From the NCBI RefSeq assembly GCF_963921235.1, contig NC_086097.1:192636001-192700000 (forward strand): a DNA stretch of 64,000 nt. Reading direction: 5' to 3'. This DNA is from Mobula hypostoma (Eukaryota). The translations under genes were made by a program, and so were the position numbers. The notes under the pieces are model-generated. The model did no database searches, was not told the DNA's origin, and saw nothing but the letters and a program-made list of their open reading frames with translations. Below, in pieces: positions 11,670-23,790 of the stretch (position 1 is the first letter of the stretch; the number at the start of each line of letters is the position of its first letter).

Positions 11670-12130
11670 ATATCTGAGGGAAATTCTTCACTCAGAGGGT
11701 GGTGAGAATGTAGAATGAGTGGCCAGTAGAAGTGGTGGACATGGGTTTAGTTTACTTATTCATCCAGAGATACAGCACTGTAATAAGCCCTTCCAGCCCA
11801 ATGCTGCCCAATTACAGCCATATGTCCAATTAACCTCCTAACTCTTACATCTTTGAATGTAGAAAGAAACTGGAGCACCCGTACAAACTCCTTGCAGTCA
11901 ACAACAGAAACGGAATCCAAGTTGCTAGCACGATAATAACATTATGCTAACTGCTACAGTACTGTGCTGCTCTTTAATATTGAAGAGAAATTTGGATAAG
12001 TATATGCATGGGAGAGAATGAAGGGCTATAGTCCAGATGTGTGTATCAATGGCTCTAGACAGAATAGATGGCATTGACTAGATGGGCCAAAGGGCCTGTT
12101 TCTGTGTTATAGTACTCTGACTCTATGACT
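11670..12130 (+). mobile_element. CR1 3' end containing a minus-strand V-SINE/HE1-like insertion (~11750-11970)
   Basis: TTCTTCACTCAGAGGGTGGTGAG..GGGCCAAAGGGCCTGTTTCTGTG tail. The insert resembles the reverse complement of 12340-12617. Confidence 0.65.
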
Positions 12131-12339
12131 CCATATCAGATAATTGACTATCTATCATTAAACAAATGGCTGACAATCTCAGTGGGATCACCCTTCTATG
12201 TATAGTCATTAATATGAGTCATACATACAACACAGAAATAAACCCTTCAGCCCACTATGTCTATGCTGATATTTATGCCATCTGCACTCATCCTGTTTGT
12301 CCGCATCAGGTTCGTACCCCTCTATACCCTTCTTTGGTA

Positions 12340-12617
12340 CAGCAATGTGGCGTAGTGGTTAGCACAACGCTTTACAGTAAGGGCAACCCGGGTTCAGTTC
12401 CCATTGCTTCCTGTGAGGAGTTTGTGCCTTCTCCACCTGACCACGTGGGTTTACTCTGGGTGCTCTAATTTCTTCCCACAGTCCAAAGACGGTAGGTTAA
12501 TTGGCCATTGTAAATTGTCCCATGATTAGGCTAGCATTACATTGGGAGATCGCTGGGCGGTGTGACTAGAAAGGCTAGAATGGCCTTTTTCATGCTGTAT
12601 CTCAATAAAATAAAACA
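12340..12617 (+). mobile_element. V-SINE/HE1-like SINE
   Basis: A box TGGCGTAGTGG, B-box-like GGTTCAGTTCC, central GGGTGCTCTAATTTCTTCCCACAGTCCAAAGAC (V-domain-like), A-rich tail. Confidence 0.75.
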
Positions 12618-12629
12618 ATGAAAATTATA

Positions 12630-13900
12630 TACCTTTACCTGTTCAAATGCCTATTAAATGTAGGGATTGGATCTGATTTCACCACTTCCCCTGCTAATGA
12701 GTTCAAGATGTCAACTACTCTCCATGTTGATAAAAAGCTTTTCCTACTAAAACCCTTCCTCTCACCTTAATATTTCCCATCTTGTTTTTGATACCCCTGC
12801 CATGGGCAGAAAGATTATGACTATCTACTCTACCTACGCCTCCTATAATTTTATATACCTCTATCAGGTCAACCCTGAGCCACCTTCGCTCAAGGAAATC
12901 AAGCCTCATGGACCCCAGCATGCCTCCGTTTGTTCTTCTTGATTTACCCTCTGTCTTAACCTCCTCTGCTTCCCACCCTTCCCCTCCCCAGCATGCTAAT
13001 TTAAACAATCCTGAGTACCGTGAACAAACCTTCCCGAAGGGATATTGATTTCCTTTCAATTTAGATGCAATCTGTCCTTCTTGCACGTGTTTCACCCACC
13101 CCAGAAGTGAGCCAATGATCAAATTACCTGAAGCCCACTACCCATGCACTAGCTTTTTAGCCTTATGTCTATCTGGCCTATCCTCCTCACTCTGCCCTCA
13201 GAAGCATGAGACACCAGGAAAAATTCTGAAATTACTACCTGAGAGGTCCTGCTTTTTAATACTTTTATGTAACTCCCTAAACTCACCTATTAAGTCCACA
13301 TCTTTCTTTCCACCAATGTCATTAGTACCAGTGCATACTACAACCTTTCGTTTGTTTTCCTGCCCCTTCAGAATGTTCAGTACATGATCCAAGTCATCCT
13401 TCACCCTCACATCAGCGAGGCAACAGAGTATACTGGAGTCTTGATCTCAACCACAGTAAAGCCTATTTGTTCCCTCAATAAGAATCCCTTGCCAAGACTT
13501 TCCCTACTCTGCTCTGTGTATTAAAGCCAACTATAAAGCTGCAGTCTTGGTTGCTTCTGCTAGTTTACCCTAAGAGGCCATCTCTCCAAAGGAATTCAAG
13601 ATGATATTCCAGTTTGAAAGCAGAATGACCACAGCGGACAACCACTCTGTCTGCCGTACTACTACACCTCCTAGGAATCAACCATCTTCTTTCTTTTTGT
13701 AGCTACTGCATGACTACCTCACTAATTGCACTATCTGCATCTTCTACAGCGACTCCAACCATAGCTCAAGTACTGTGTGTGGTCTAACGTGAACTTCAGC
13801 TGCACACACTTCCCGCAGGTACAATTGCCAGGAACACTGGAAATATCCTTGATATCGCACATACACTGCCCTAGACTCCAGTTCCTTCTACCGAGAAAGA
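12630..13900 (-). mobile_element. Internally deleted CR1 (ORF1 esterase region joined to 3' end)
   Basis: ORF 13198-13410 VVVCTGTNDIG (CR1 ORF1 SGNH-like); ORF 12715-13122 LERRWLRVDLIEVYKII. Confidence 0.75.
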
Positions 13901-15103
13901 AAGAGAAAAAACCTTACCTAGTCAATACATTCCCTTGTCAATGAAGCCCAATGCTCACCAGTCCCTGGTGTGGTTTAACCTGGGCTTTGCATAGCTGTAG
14001 CATAATATCTATCCCACTCATTCATAAGGGTTCTTGGTACAAAGGTAGGTCTTCGTCTTTTTGATTGCAGTAGAGAGTCATACAGAAACAGGGCCTTTGG
14101 CTCATTGATTGTGTGCAAACAATCAAACACCCTTTTACTCTGATGTCATTTTATTCTCCTTATTGTCATTATTCATTTGAACTACCCAGACTGTGTCCAT
14201 TACCTGGGAATGACTCTGTAACGTTTTCAATATATGTGTTACTGGACATACATTGTTTTTAGCTTTTCGCCTTATTTTTATGGAGTCCAAAGTGACTTCA
14301 CAAATGTTGGCTTTAAAACTATTTGGTACAATTTTTCTTTTTATTTAATTATTCCAGTCATATCACACTAGAATTTTATTCTTCCATCTATAGTGCTTAC
14401 AAAACATAATCCTAATGCCATTTTTGCTCTTAGATATATATTAATTCTATTAATTTTGCTGTTTAGAAATGTGAAAAATAGTTGCAACCCAGGTATATCC
14501 TACAGTACACAACTAGGCACAAGTTGCCTATTTTCTATGCTTTCTGGCTTAATCAATTTCTTAAACAACAATTGCTTTCAGTTCCATCAGCTTCAACTTC
14601 AGTTTACATTCTTTCAGGAGGAACTTTACCAATTGTATGTTGCAGTCCATATAAGTAGCATCTGTAGACATTCTCTTTCAAGAATTGGATTCATCAAACT
14701 TAAAACTACCCATTGCAAATACTTGCAGACTTTCCCTGACAACTGAATATTTCAGTATTCAGTTACTCTTCACCATTATAGATGTTGGTCATTTACTGAC
14801 CACAGATGTTAGGCTAACAGGTCTATAATTCCCTCGTTTCCCACTCATAGCTAGGCATTCAGAATTCTTTCAACTATTTTCTTCAAAGCATTACCCTATA
14901 GCAGATTAGCTTCCCTAATGAATATCAGGAATCAGATGGGGATTTTTCTTAAGGATATCCAATCCTTAGCGTTTATTATACTTCAGTACCTGTATTTAAT
15001 ATCTCTTGAGATCTAATGCCATGACCAAAATGTTATGGTCAAAATTGACCTTATGCAGGCCCCTCAGTCTTAATATTTAGTTTTCCTCTGCTTTCTCAAC
15101 TAC

Positions 15104-15538
15104 TCAAATTTCAAAGTAAGTTTTATTATCAAAGTACATATATGTCATCACGATGAGATTCACTCTCATGTAGGCATCCACAGTAAATACAAAGAAACAT
15201 AACAAAAGCAATGATAAGCTGTACACAGAGATGAACAAACAACCAATGTGCAAAAGACAACAAATGGTACAAATACAAAAATGAAAAAAACAATAATATA
15301 AATAATAATAAACAAATAAATAATAAATATTGCGAACATAAGTTGTAGAGTTCTTGAAAGTGAGTTCATAGGTTGTGGAGGGGTGAGTGAAGTTATCCAC
15401 TCTGATTCAGCAGCCTAGTGGTTGAGGTGTAATAACTGTTACTGAAACTGGTGGTGTGGGACCAAAGACTCATGTATACCCTTCCTGATGGCAGCAGCAA
15501 AAAGACAGCATGGCCTGGATGGTGGGGGTCCTTGATGA
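15104..15538 (-). mobile_element. Rex1/Babar-type LINE 3' end
   Basis: Same 3' UTR as the + copies at 19795-20230 and 47590-48130 (TTTGAA-type tail; IKDPHHPGH peptide remnant). Confidence 0.7.
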
Positions 15539-18500
15539 TCATAAGACCATAAGACATCAGAGTAGAATGAGGCTATCTGGCCCATCAGGTCTGTTCTGCC
15601 ATTCTGTCATGACTGATCCTTTTTTCATCTCCTCAGCCCCACTCCCCAGCTTTCTCTCCATAACCTTTGATGCCATGGCTAATCAAGAACCTGTCAGCCT
15701 CTGCCTTAAATACACCCAATAACCTGGCCTCCACAGCTGCCTGTGGTAATAAATTCCACAAATTCACCACCCTCTGGCAAAAGTAATTACTCTGCATCAC
15801 TGTTTTAAGTGGATGCCCCTCTACTCAAGGCTATGCCCTCTTGTTCTAGTCTCCTCCATCATGAGAAACATTCTTTCCACATCTACTCTATCAGGGCCTT
15901 TCAGTATTCAAAAGGTTTCAATGAGATCACCCCCCCCCCCGCCATCCCAGCCTTCTGAAAGTCAGTGAGTTCAGACCCAGAGCCATCACACATTCCTCGT
16001 ATGACAACGCTTTCATTCCTGGAATCATCCTTGTGAACCTCCTCTGGACCCTCTCCAAGGCTAGCACATCTTTTCTAAGAAGAGGGGCCCAAAACTGTTC
16101 ACAAATATACTCAAGGTGAGGCCTCACCAGTGCCTTATAAAGCCTCAGCATCACATCCCTGCTCTTATATTCTAGACCTTTTTAAATGAATGCTAACATT
16201 GCATTTGCCTTCACCACTATCAACTCAACCTGCAAGTTAACCTTTTGGGTATTCTGCAGAAGAGCTCCCAAGTCCCTTTGCATCTCAGACTTTTGGATTT
16301 TCTCCCCACTTAGAAAGTAGTCTGCACATTTATTTCTTCTACCAAAGTGCATGACCATGCATTTTCCAACATTGTATTTCATTTGCCACTTTCTAGCCCA
16401 TTCTCCTAATCTATCCAAGTCCCAGCATACCTTTTCTTAAAGAAGGAGCCCAAAACTATTCACCACAATACTCAAGGTGAGGCTTCACCAGTGCCTTATA
16501 AAGCCTCAGCATCAGATTCCTGCTCTTATATTCTAGACCTCTTTAAATGAATGCTAACATTGTATTTTTCATCTATTCCATCAATTAAATCATTGATATA
16601 TAACATAAGAAGAAGAGTTCCCAACACTGACCTCTGCAGAATACCACTAGTCACTTGCAGCCAACCAGAAAAGTATCCTTTTATTTCTACTCACTGCCTC
16701 CTATCAATCAGCCAATACTCGAACCATGCCAGTAACTTTCCAGCAATACCATGAGCTCTTAACTTGGTAAGCAGCCTCATGTGTGGCACCTTGTCAAAGG
16801 CCTCCTGAAAGTCTAAATATACAACATCCACTGTATCCCCTTTATCCATCCTACTTGTAATCTCATCAAAGAAATCCAACAGGTTTATCAGGCAAGATTT
16901 TCCCTTAAGGAAACTATGCTGACTTTGTCCCATCTGGTCCTGTGTCACCAAGTACTCCATAGCCTCATCCTTAGCAAATGACTCCAATATTTTCCCAACC
17001 ACTGATACCACGCTAACTGGTCTATAATTTCCTTTCTGCTGCCTCCCTCCTTTCTTAAAGAGTGGAGGGATATTTGAAATTTTCCAGTCCTCTGGAACCA
17101 TGCCAGGGTTTCTTGAAAGATCATTACTAATCCCTCCACAATCTCTACTGCTATCACTTTCAGAATGCTTGGGAGCAGTTCATCTGGTCTGGGAGACTTA
17201 TGTACCTTTAGGACATACATCAAAGTTGCTGGTAAACACAGCAGGCCAGGCAGCATCTCCAGGAAGAGGTACAGTCGATGTTTCGGGCTGAGACCCTTCG
17301 TCAGGACTAACTGAAGGAAGAGCTAGTAAGAGATTTAAAAGTGGGAGGGCGAGGGGGAGATCCAAAATGATAGGAGAAGACAGGAGGGGGAGGGATGGAG
17401 CCAAGAGCTGGACAGGTGATTGGCAAAAAGGATATGAGAGGATCATGGGACAGGAGGCCCAGGGAGAAGGAAAAGGGGGAGGGGGGGAAACCCAGAGGAT
17501 GGGCAAGGGGTATAGTCAGAGGGACAGAGGGAGAAAAAGGAGAGAGAGAGAAAGAATGTGTGTGTATAAATAAATAACGGATGGGGTACGAGGGGGAGGT
17601 GAGGCATTAGCCGAAGTTAGAGAAGTCAATGTTCATGCCATCAGGTTGGAGGCATACTCCGTTATTTATTTATATACACACATTCTTTCTCTCTCTCTCT
17701 TTTTTCTCCCTCTGTCCCTCTGACTATACCCCTTGCCCATCCTCTGGGTTTTTCATCCCCCTCCCCCTTTTCCTTCTCCCTGGGCCTCCTGTCCCATGAT
17801 CCTCTCATATCCCTTTTGCCAATCACCTGACCAGCTCTTGGCTCCATCCCTCCCCTCCTGTCTTCTCCTATCATTTTGGATCTCCCCCACCCCCTCCCAC
17901 TTTCAAATCTCTTACTAGCTCTTCCTTCAGTTAGTCCTGATGAAGGGTCTGGGCCTGAAACGTCAGCTGTACCTCTTCCTAGAGATGCTGCCTGGCCTGT
18001 TGCGTTTACCAGCAACTTTGATGTGTGTTGCCTGAATTTCCAGCATCTACAGAATTCCTCGTGTTTACCTTTAGGACATTCAGCTTTTTGAGCATCTTCT
18101 CCCTTGTAATAGTAACTGCATTCACTTCTCTTTCCTCACACCCTTCAACAGCTGGCACACTGCTAAGGTCTTCCACGGTGAAGACTGATGCAAAATACTC
18201 ATTTAGTTCATCTGCCATCTCCTTATCCCCCATGATTATTTCTCCAGCCTCAGTTTTATTTTTATATACTTGAAAAAGCTTTTCCTTCCGACCTTAACAT
18301 TGTTTGCTAGTTTGCTTTCATATTTCATCTTTTTCCTCCTGATGATTCTTTTAGTTGTTTTCTGTCAGTTTTCAAAGGTTTCCTAATCCTCTACCTTTAC
18401 GCTAATATTTTGCTTTGTTGTATGCCCTCTCTTTTGCTTTTACATTAACTTTGACTTCCCTCGTCAGCCACAGTTGTACTATTTTGCCATTTCAGTATTT

Positions 18501-18727
18501 CTTTGTTTTTGGAATACATCTATCCTGCATCTTCCTCATTTTTGCCAGAAACTCGCAACATTGCTGCTCTGCCGTCATCCCTGCCAGCATCTCCTTCCAA
18601 TTTACTGGCCAACTCCTCCCTCATGCCACTATAATTTCCTTTACTCCATTGAAATACTGTTATGTCAGACTTTACTTTCTCCCTATCAAATTTCAAATTG
18701 AACTCAATCATATTGTGACCACTGTCA
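15539..18727 (-). mobile_element. CR1 LINE ORF2 fragment interrupted by a Penelope inverted structure
   Basis: ORFs 16691-17101 (YRPVSVVS..YLDFQEAFDKVPH), 16182-16418, 15927-16154, 18006-18233; tail CATAAGACCATAAGAC. Confidence 0.92.
17217..18065. mobile_element. Tail-to-tail inverted pair of Penelope terminal repeats with 14-bp TSD
   Basis: Arms ~17217-17580 and ~17658-18025 are near-perfect reverse complements. TSD TACCTTTAGGACAT at 17203-17216 and 18066-18079. Confidence 0.9.
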
Positions 18728-19794
18728 AGGATTGATCACAGTTTCTGAAATGAAACACTCCTACTGCCATTTTCTCTCATGTTGTTATAATGTCACATCT
18801 ACATGAGCAAACAAGAAGAGAAAGAAAATAAACTAAAGTTATCTAAACTGCGCAATATTTTTGCTGCCAACTCAAGCTATGAGCCAAAACATTTTGATGA
18901 CAGAAACCCATTGCTGTAGGAACGGAAGAGACATGAGGAGATGAATCTCTTCACTAACTTGCAGCTGCCACTTGTACTTTTTTTCCATCTGTAACAGGCT
19001 GGTTATTTAGACTCAATTTTTCAAGGGTCCAGCCCATGAGGTAGTAAGTGTATAGTACAACAAAGTAACTTAAGTCTCCTTTAGTATCATAAAATTGATC
19101 ATACAAATGAACCACACAAAAACTACATAGCAAATCACAAAGATTTCCGGGCTCAAAATTCATAGTTACCACTCAGTTGTTGTCAGGGGGTGAAATCTAA
19201 TTCTGACTCGTGAAACCACTCCTTGGCTCCAGGCACTGATTGCGATTCCAGTCCGGCTGAAATTCCAATGAAGCCTGGGAAGTCACCATCATAAGTATGA
19301 GCACAGAGTCACCACGAGACAGACAAATCTTTTGTTCTCCTCCATAAACACATTTTGGGTCCTTTCATTCAAACAACACATCATAGCCATCAATACTGTC
19401 TCTAACTCAATTAGACATTTTAATTGGCACCCCTTGTTATTTCAGTCCTTAATCTCACACTGTCCATGACATACAACATTCCTTGGGTTTTCGCAGTACA
19501 TTATCGTTTACAGATTAAAGAAAAACCTGAATTCCTAAAGAATCTAGCTATCAATCTCACTTGACAGACATTGTCCTTGACAGTATTGACCAACAGATCT
19601 CACATGCTATGTGTTGAGAAAAAGCTGCCACATGACCTGACAGATATTCATTCATTAGTCTACAACTTCTATATGCTACACCATCCCTCATTGATTTTCC
19701 ACTATATATTTCCAAGAGCAATTTGATGACCTAGTGGAATGAGCTTGAATTCTGCTTGATATCAGAAAAATTAAAATTCAGTTATTCACGGGAA

Positions 19795-20230
19795 ATCAGC
19801 ATCATTATCAGGGACAGACAACACCCAGGATATGCTCTCTTTTCATTACTGCCATCAGAAAGAAGGTGCAGGAGCCTCCGGACTCACACCACCAGGTTCA
19901 GGAACAGTTATTACCCCTCAAGCATCTTGAACCAAAGGGGATAACTTCACTTGCCCCGTCAGTGAGATGTTCCCACAACCTATGGATACACTTTTAAGGA
20001 TTTTTATATCACTTTCTTAATATATATCTTTTTATTTATTTTTATTACTATTTCTTTTTGTATTTGCACAGTTTGTTGTCTTTTACACACTGCCTGAACA
20101 CACAAATTTGTGTAGTCTTTCATTAATTCTATTGTGGATTTATTGAGTATGCCGGCAAGAAAATGAATCTCGGGGTTTTATGTGGTGACAGATATATTTT
20201 GGTAATCTATTACTTGAATTTTGAACTTTA
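19795..20230 (+). mobile_element. Rex1/Babar-type LINE 3' end
   Basis: IIRDRQHPGYALFSLLPSERRCRSLRTHTTRFRNSYYP (ORF 19756-19944); TTTGAAC tail. Confidence 0.8.
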
Positions 20231-21832
20231 AATAATCCTTAAGAAAAATTATTGATATTTCCAAAATCTTAAACATTTTCAAACGATTTCCCATCTGTTC
20301 CTTTAATGTTCATTAGCGTATCAAAATTGACCTTTCACAGATATGAGTAATTTTATCGAGCCTTTGTAATTAAAATAATGCATTCTAATCCATTGTTGGC
20401 ATCACACAACAAAGGGGAATTTTGAATATTATTAATAATACATCTAGCATCTTTGGAACTACATTTGTAAAAATCCAAATAAGTTGACCATTGTGTCAAT
20501 GTGATTTATTTACTTCAATTGCTCCCATGCTATTTCTGGATTATTTGTTCTTTGTTCCTAACTCTCAGCTGCAGGGACTCATACTACAAGCATCAACTTA
20601 AAATGTCTTTTTATTACTTAAAATAATTGTTGGTTTCCTCCATCCATTTTCTTCTGTTTAGCTTCCCCATTCCTTTCCTTTCATACTTTGCGTTTCAAAA
20701 GTACATATTTTAAACTTTTCTTAATATTTAACCTTTTCTGTGTACTTCCAATAATTATTCTAACAATCTACTGTAAATTCTGACTAGTTTTCCTTTAGTT
20801 TGTTATTGGGTAGAATATTGAACTTTAACCATTTTAAATTATTCAGTGTCTGAGATAAAACTATCTTTTTCTGTGTTGATTTGAGATGTACTAATCATTT
20901 GAGGAAATCATTTGTCATTGACCTAAAGACTTCAGAGTCAATTTGTTTGCCCTGCAGGATGGATTAATATTGAAAGCTGTTTATTGATGATATCAGTAAC
21001 AAATACAACCATGCAGTGGAGGCAACATGAAATATTTCAATAGTTGTGAATGGAAATATCCTGAGATTGTTATATAAAGGTATCTAAAGTGGGCAGTATT
21101 TGGAGAAGATTGAGGTGTGCAGAAAAAGAAAAGCAAGATTGGTATCATTTTCAGTCAGAATCGTAATATGTTCTGATGGAAACATAGGATATGCAAATGG
21201 AAACATTTTAGAATAGTAGAATATAAAGAGGATTTACAAGTGAGTTGCACTGTGCAGAATTGGGGAGAGAAACCAAGAAGAAAGAGAAAAAAAGATAAAC
21301 AACTCGCATACAGTATTGGTGTACCTCCCAAAAGTGGGATCAGATGCGACATGGGTATGACGCTAACCAACAACAAAAATAGCAGCATTTTTATTACCAG
21401 CATGAAGGATTAAGATGGAAAGGAGAGCTCAAATAAAAGAAGATCTGATCCCTAACAAGAATCACAATATTGCCTAACAATCAAAATCTGTCACTTTGAT
21501 TTATTAGGATCTAAGCCAGGTCACTTTAGAAAAACAGTTATGGGGCTTTATTTCACTGAAGAAAACCAAAGTGTGCCTTCAGCTGATTGATCACTAAAGG
21601 ATGGTGATAGTTTGAAAGATACTGTGGAAGCAGTCAATCTCAAAGGTAATTTTTAAAGAACACACAATTATCTATATTTCAACTAATTGCACAAGATTCA
21701 AGATTGACTAATGTCATTTCCAGTACATAAGTGTAAAAGAAAAGGAAATAATTGTTACTCCAGAAGCAATGCAGCACAATAAGATAAAAACACCATAATA
21801 ATAATAATAAAACACAATAAATATAAATATGA

Positions 21833-21973
21833 ACAACAGGAATTCTGCAGATGCTGGAAATTCAAGCAACACACATCAAAGTTGCTGGTGAACGCAGCAG
21901 GCCAGGCAGCATCTATAGGAAGAGGCGCAGTCGACGTTTCAGGCCGAGACCCTTCGTCAGGACTAACATAAAT
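21833..21973 (-). mobile_element. Young Penelope terminal fragment with intact minimal hammerhead motif
   Basis: Segment 21866-21958 is identical to the left part of 63839-63931. Flanking duplication AATATAAATATGA at 21820-32 and 21974-86. Confidence 0.8.
21928..21965 (-). ncRNA. Minimal type I hammerhead ribozyme motif
   Basis: Minus strand UAGUC-CUGACGA-AGGGUCUCGGCCU-GAAA-CG-UC/GACUG: conserved core boxes, stem I, stem II and palindromic ACGU in place of stem III. Confidence 0.7.
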
Positions 21974-21983
21974 AATATAAATA

Positions 21984-22308
21984 TGAGTGGTGATTGATAA
22001 GTTTGTGGCCTAAGGTAGAAGGAGTCAATTTTAGAAAACCGATCACATTTATTTTTCAATATAGTCCCCTCCTACATTTACATACTTAGTCCAGTGGTTG
22101 TGGAGCATACGGATCTTGGACCTCCAGAAAATATCCACAGTAGGGGTGATTGATAAGTTCATGGCCTAAGGTAGAAAGCGATGAGTTATACGGCTCTCGT
22201 TGCGTGCACATGCAGTTCAACTCTTTGAGTGATTATGCAGAAAGTTTGAAGTTAATAACTCATCAAGGGTGATTGATAAGGTTGTGGCCTAAGGTAGAAG
22301 GAGATGAG
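21984..22308. mobile_element. Second copy of the mariner-type MITE family
   Basis: Collinear with 1826-2100; three direct GGTGATTGATAAG..GGCCTAAGGTAGAA units (~21988, 22143, 22268). Confidence 0.8.
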
Positions 22309-22621
22309 GAACAGGGGTGTCTGTACATAAGGTGACTGACAGGAAATGATAAAGTAGTAGTAGTTGGAGATGTGGAGGGTGGGTTTATGGGTGGGGGTAT
22401 TGATGCCTTACTGCTGGAGTAACTGTTTTTGATCTGTGGTCCTGGTGTGGATGCTAATTAGACTCCTCCCTGATGGAAATGACACCTTAACTAAGAAATA
22501 GCTCTATGTCTTATTTTATGGTGTTAAAATAGTATTACAGATCATCTTATTGCCATGTGCAAAAGTTGCTTTAAGTCAAAGTCAAATCAAAGTGAAGTTT
22601 ACTGTCATATGCACGAGTATG

Positions 22622-23180
22622 TACACTCAGTGCCCACTTCATAGGGTACATCTGAATACCTACTTATTAATGCAAGTATCTAATCAGCCCATCACGTGGC
22701 AGCACCTCAATTCACAAAAGCAGACAGGCATGGTCAAGAGGTTGTTGTTTAGACCAAACATCAAAATGGAGAAAAAATGTCATCTAAATGGTTTTGACCA
22801 TGAAATGATTGCTGGTGCCAGATGAAATAGTTTGACTATCTCAGAAACTGATGAACTCCTGGGATTTTCAAACACAACAGTCTCTAGAGCTTACAGAAAA
22901 CAGTGGGAAAAACAAAAAGAAATCTGGTGAGCAGCAGTTCTGTGGGCAAAAACACTTTATTAATTACAGAAATCAGAGGAGAATGCCCAGATGGTCTCAA
23001 GCAAACAGGAAGGTGACAATAACTCAAATAACCATGCAGTACGACAGTGGTGTGCAGAAGAGTGTCTCTGAATGCACAACAAATCCAACCTTGCAGTGGA
23101 TGGGCTACAGCAGCAGAAGGCCATGAATATACACTCAGTTGTCACTTTATTAGGAAGCGGAGATACCTAATGGACACTTG
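22622..23180 (+). mobile_element. Tc1-family transposon remnant (transposase N-terminal DNA-binding part)
   Basis: TA-CACTCAGTGCCCACTT terminus. Peptides KKCHLNGFDHEMIAGAR and SGEQQFCGQKH..QANRKVTITQIT..SVSECTT..MGYSSRRP (ORFs 22550-22825, 22851-23126). Confidence 0.8.
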
Positions 23181-23289
23181 GACACCAAGTGCATATGCAC
23201 TGGTGCAATGTGAGCCTTACTTACAGCAGTACATTCATATAACTAGCATTTTCAAGAAAAAACATATATTAAACATTAACTGACCACAA

Positions 23290-23790
23290 CTTTTACACGA
23301 AGGAACAGAAAAAGAACAATAAGTCCAGTTTAGTGCAAAGTGATCAAAGTGGTCATACTATTGTTAAACTCTAGTGATTAGGGTTGTGCCAGTAAGGGAC
23401 GTAGCTGTTCTTGAACCAGGAGATGTGGGACTTCAAGTTGTAGTACCTCCTGAGAGATGGTCGTAGCGAGAAGATGGCTTAGCATGGATGGTGGAGATCT
23501 TTGAAGATTGACATTGCCTTCTTCAGGCTTCGCCTTTTGTAGATATGACTGCTGGTGGGGAGGAATGTGCCCTGATGTATTGGACAGAGATTCTCTGCAC
23601 CTTCTTATATTCCTGTACACTTGAAATGCAACACCAGACCATGATGCAACCAGTTAGGTCACTTCCAACAGTGCATCAATAGAAGGTTGTAAAAGTGGTG
23701 ACAAACCAAACCTCCTTAATCTCTTAAAAATAAACATCTTGATGTACTTTCCTTGTGACTGCATCTACAGTATGGGCACAGCCATGGACA
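23290..23790 (-). mobile_element. Degenerate Rex1/Babar-type 3' fragment
   Basis: Similarity to other Rex-like 3' ends in the window. Confidence 0.55.

Noticed and set aside
17198..18091. Mirror-image ORFs as small proteins
   Set aside because: Products of the inverted repeat in purine/pyrimidine-skewed non-coding sequence.
18998..19040. Possible + strand micro-exon (AACAG|GCTGG..GAG|GTAGTA)
   Set aside because: Weak donor, no recognisable peptide, no partner exons.
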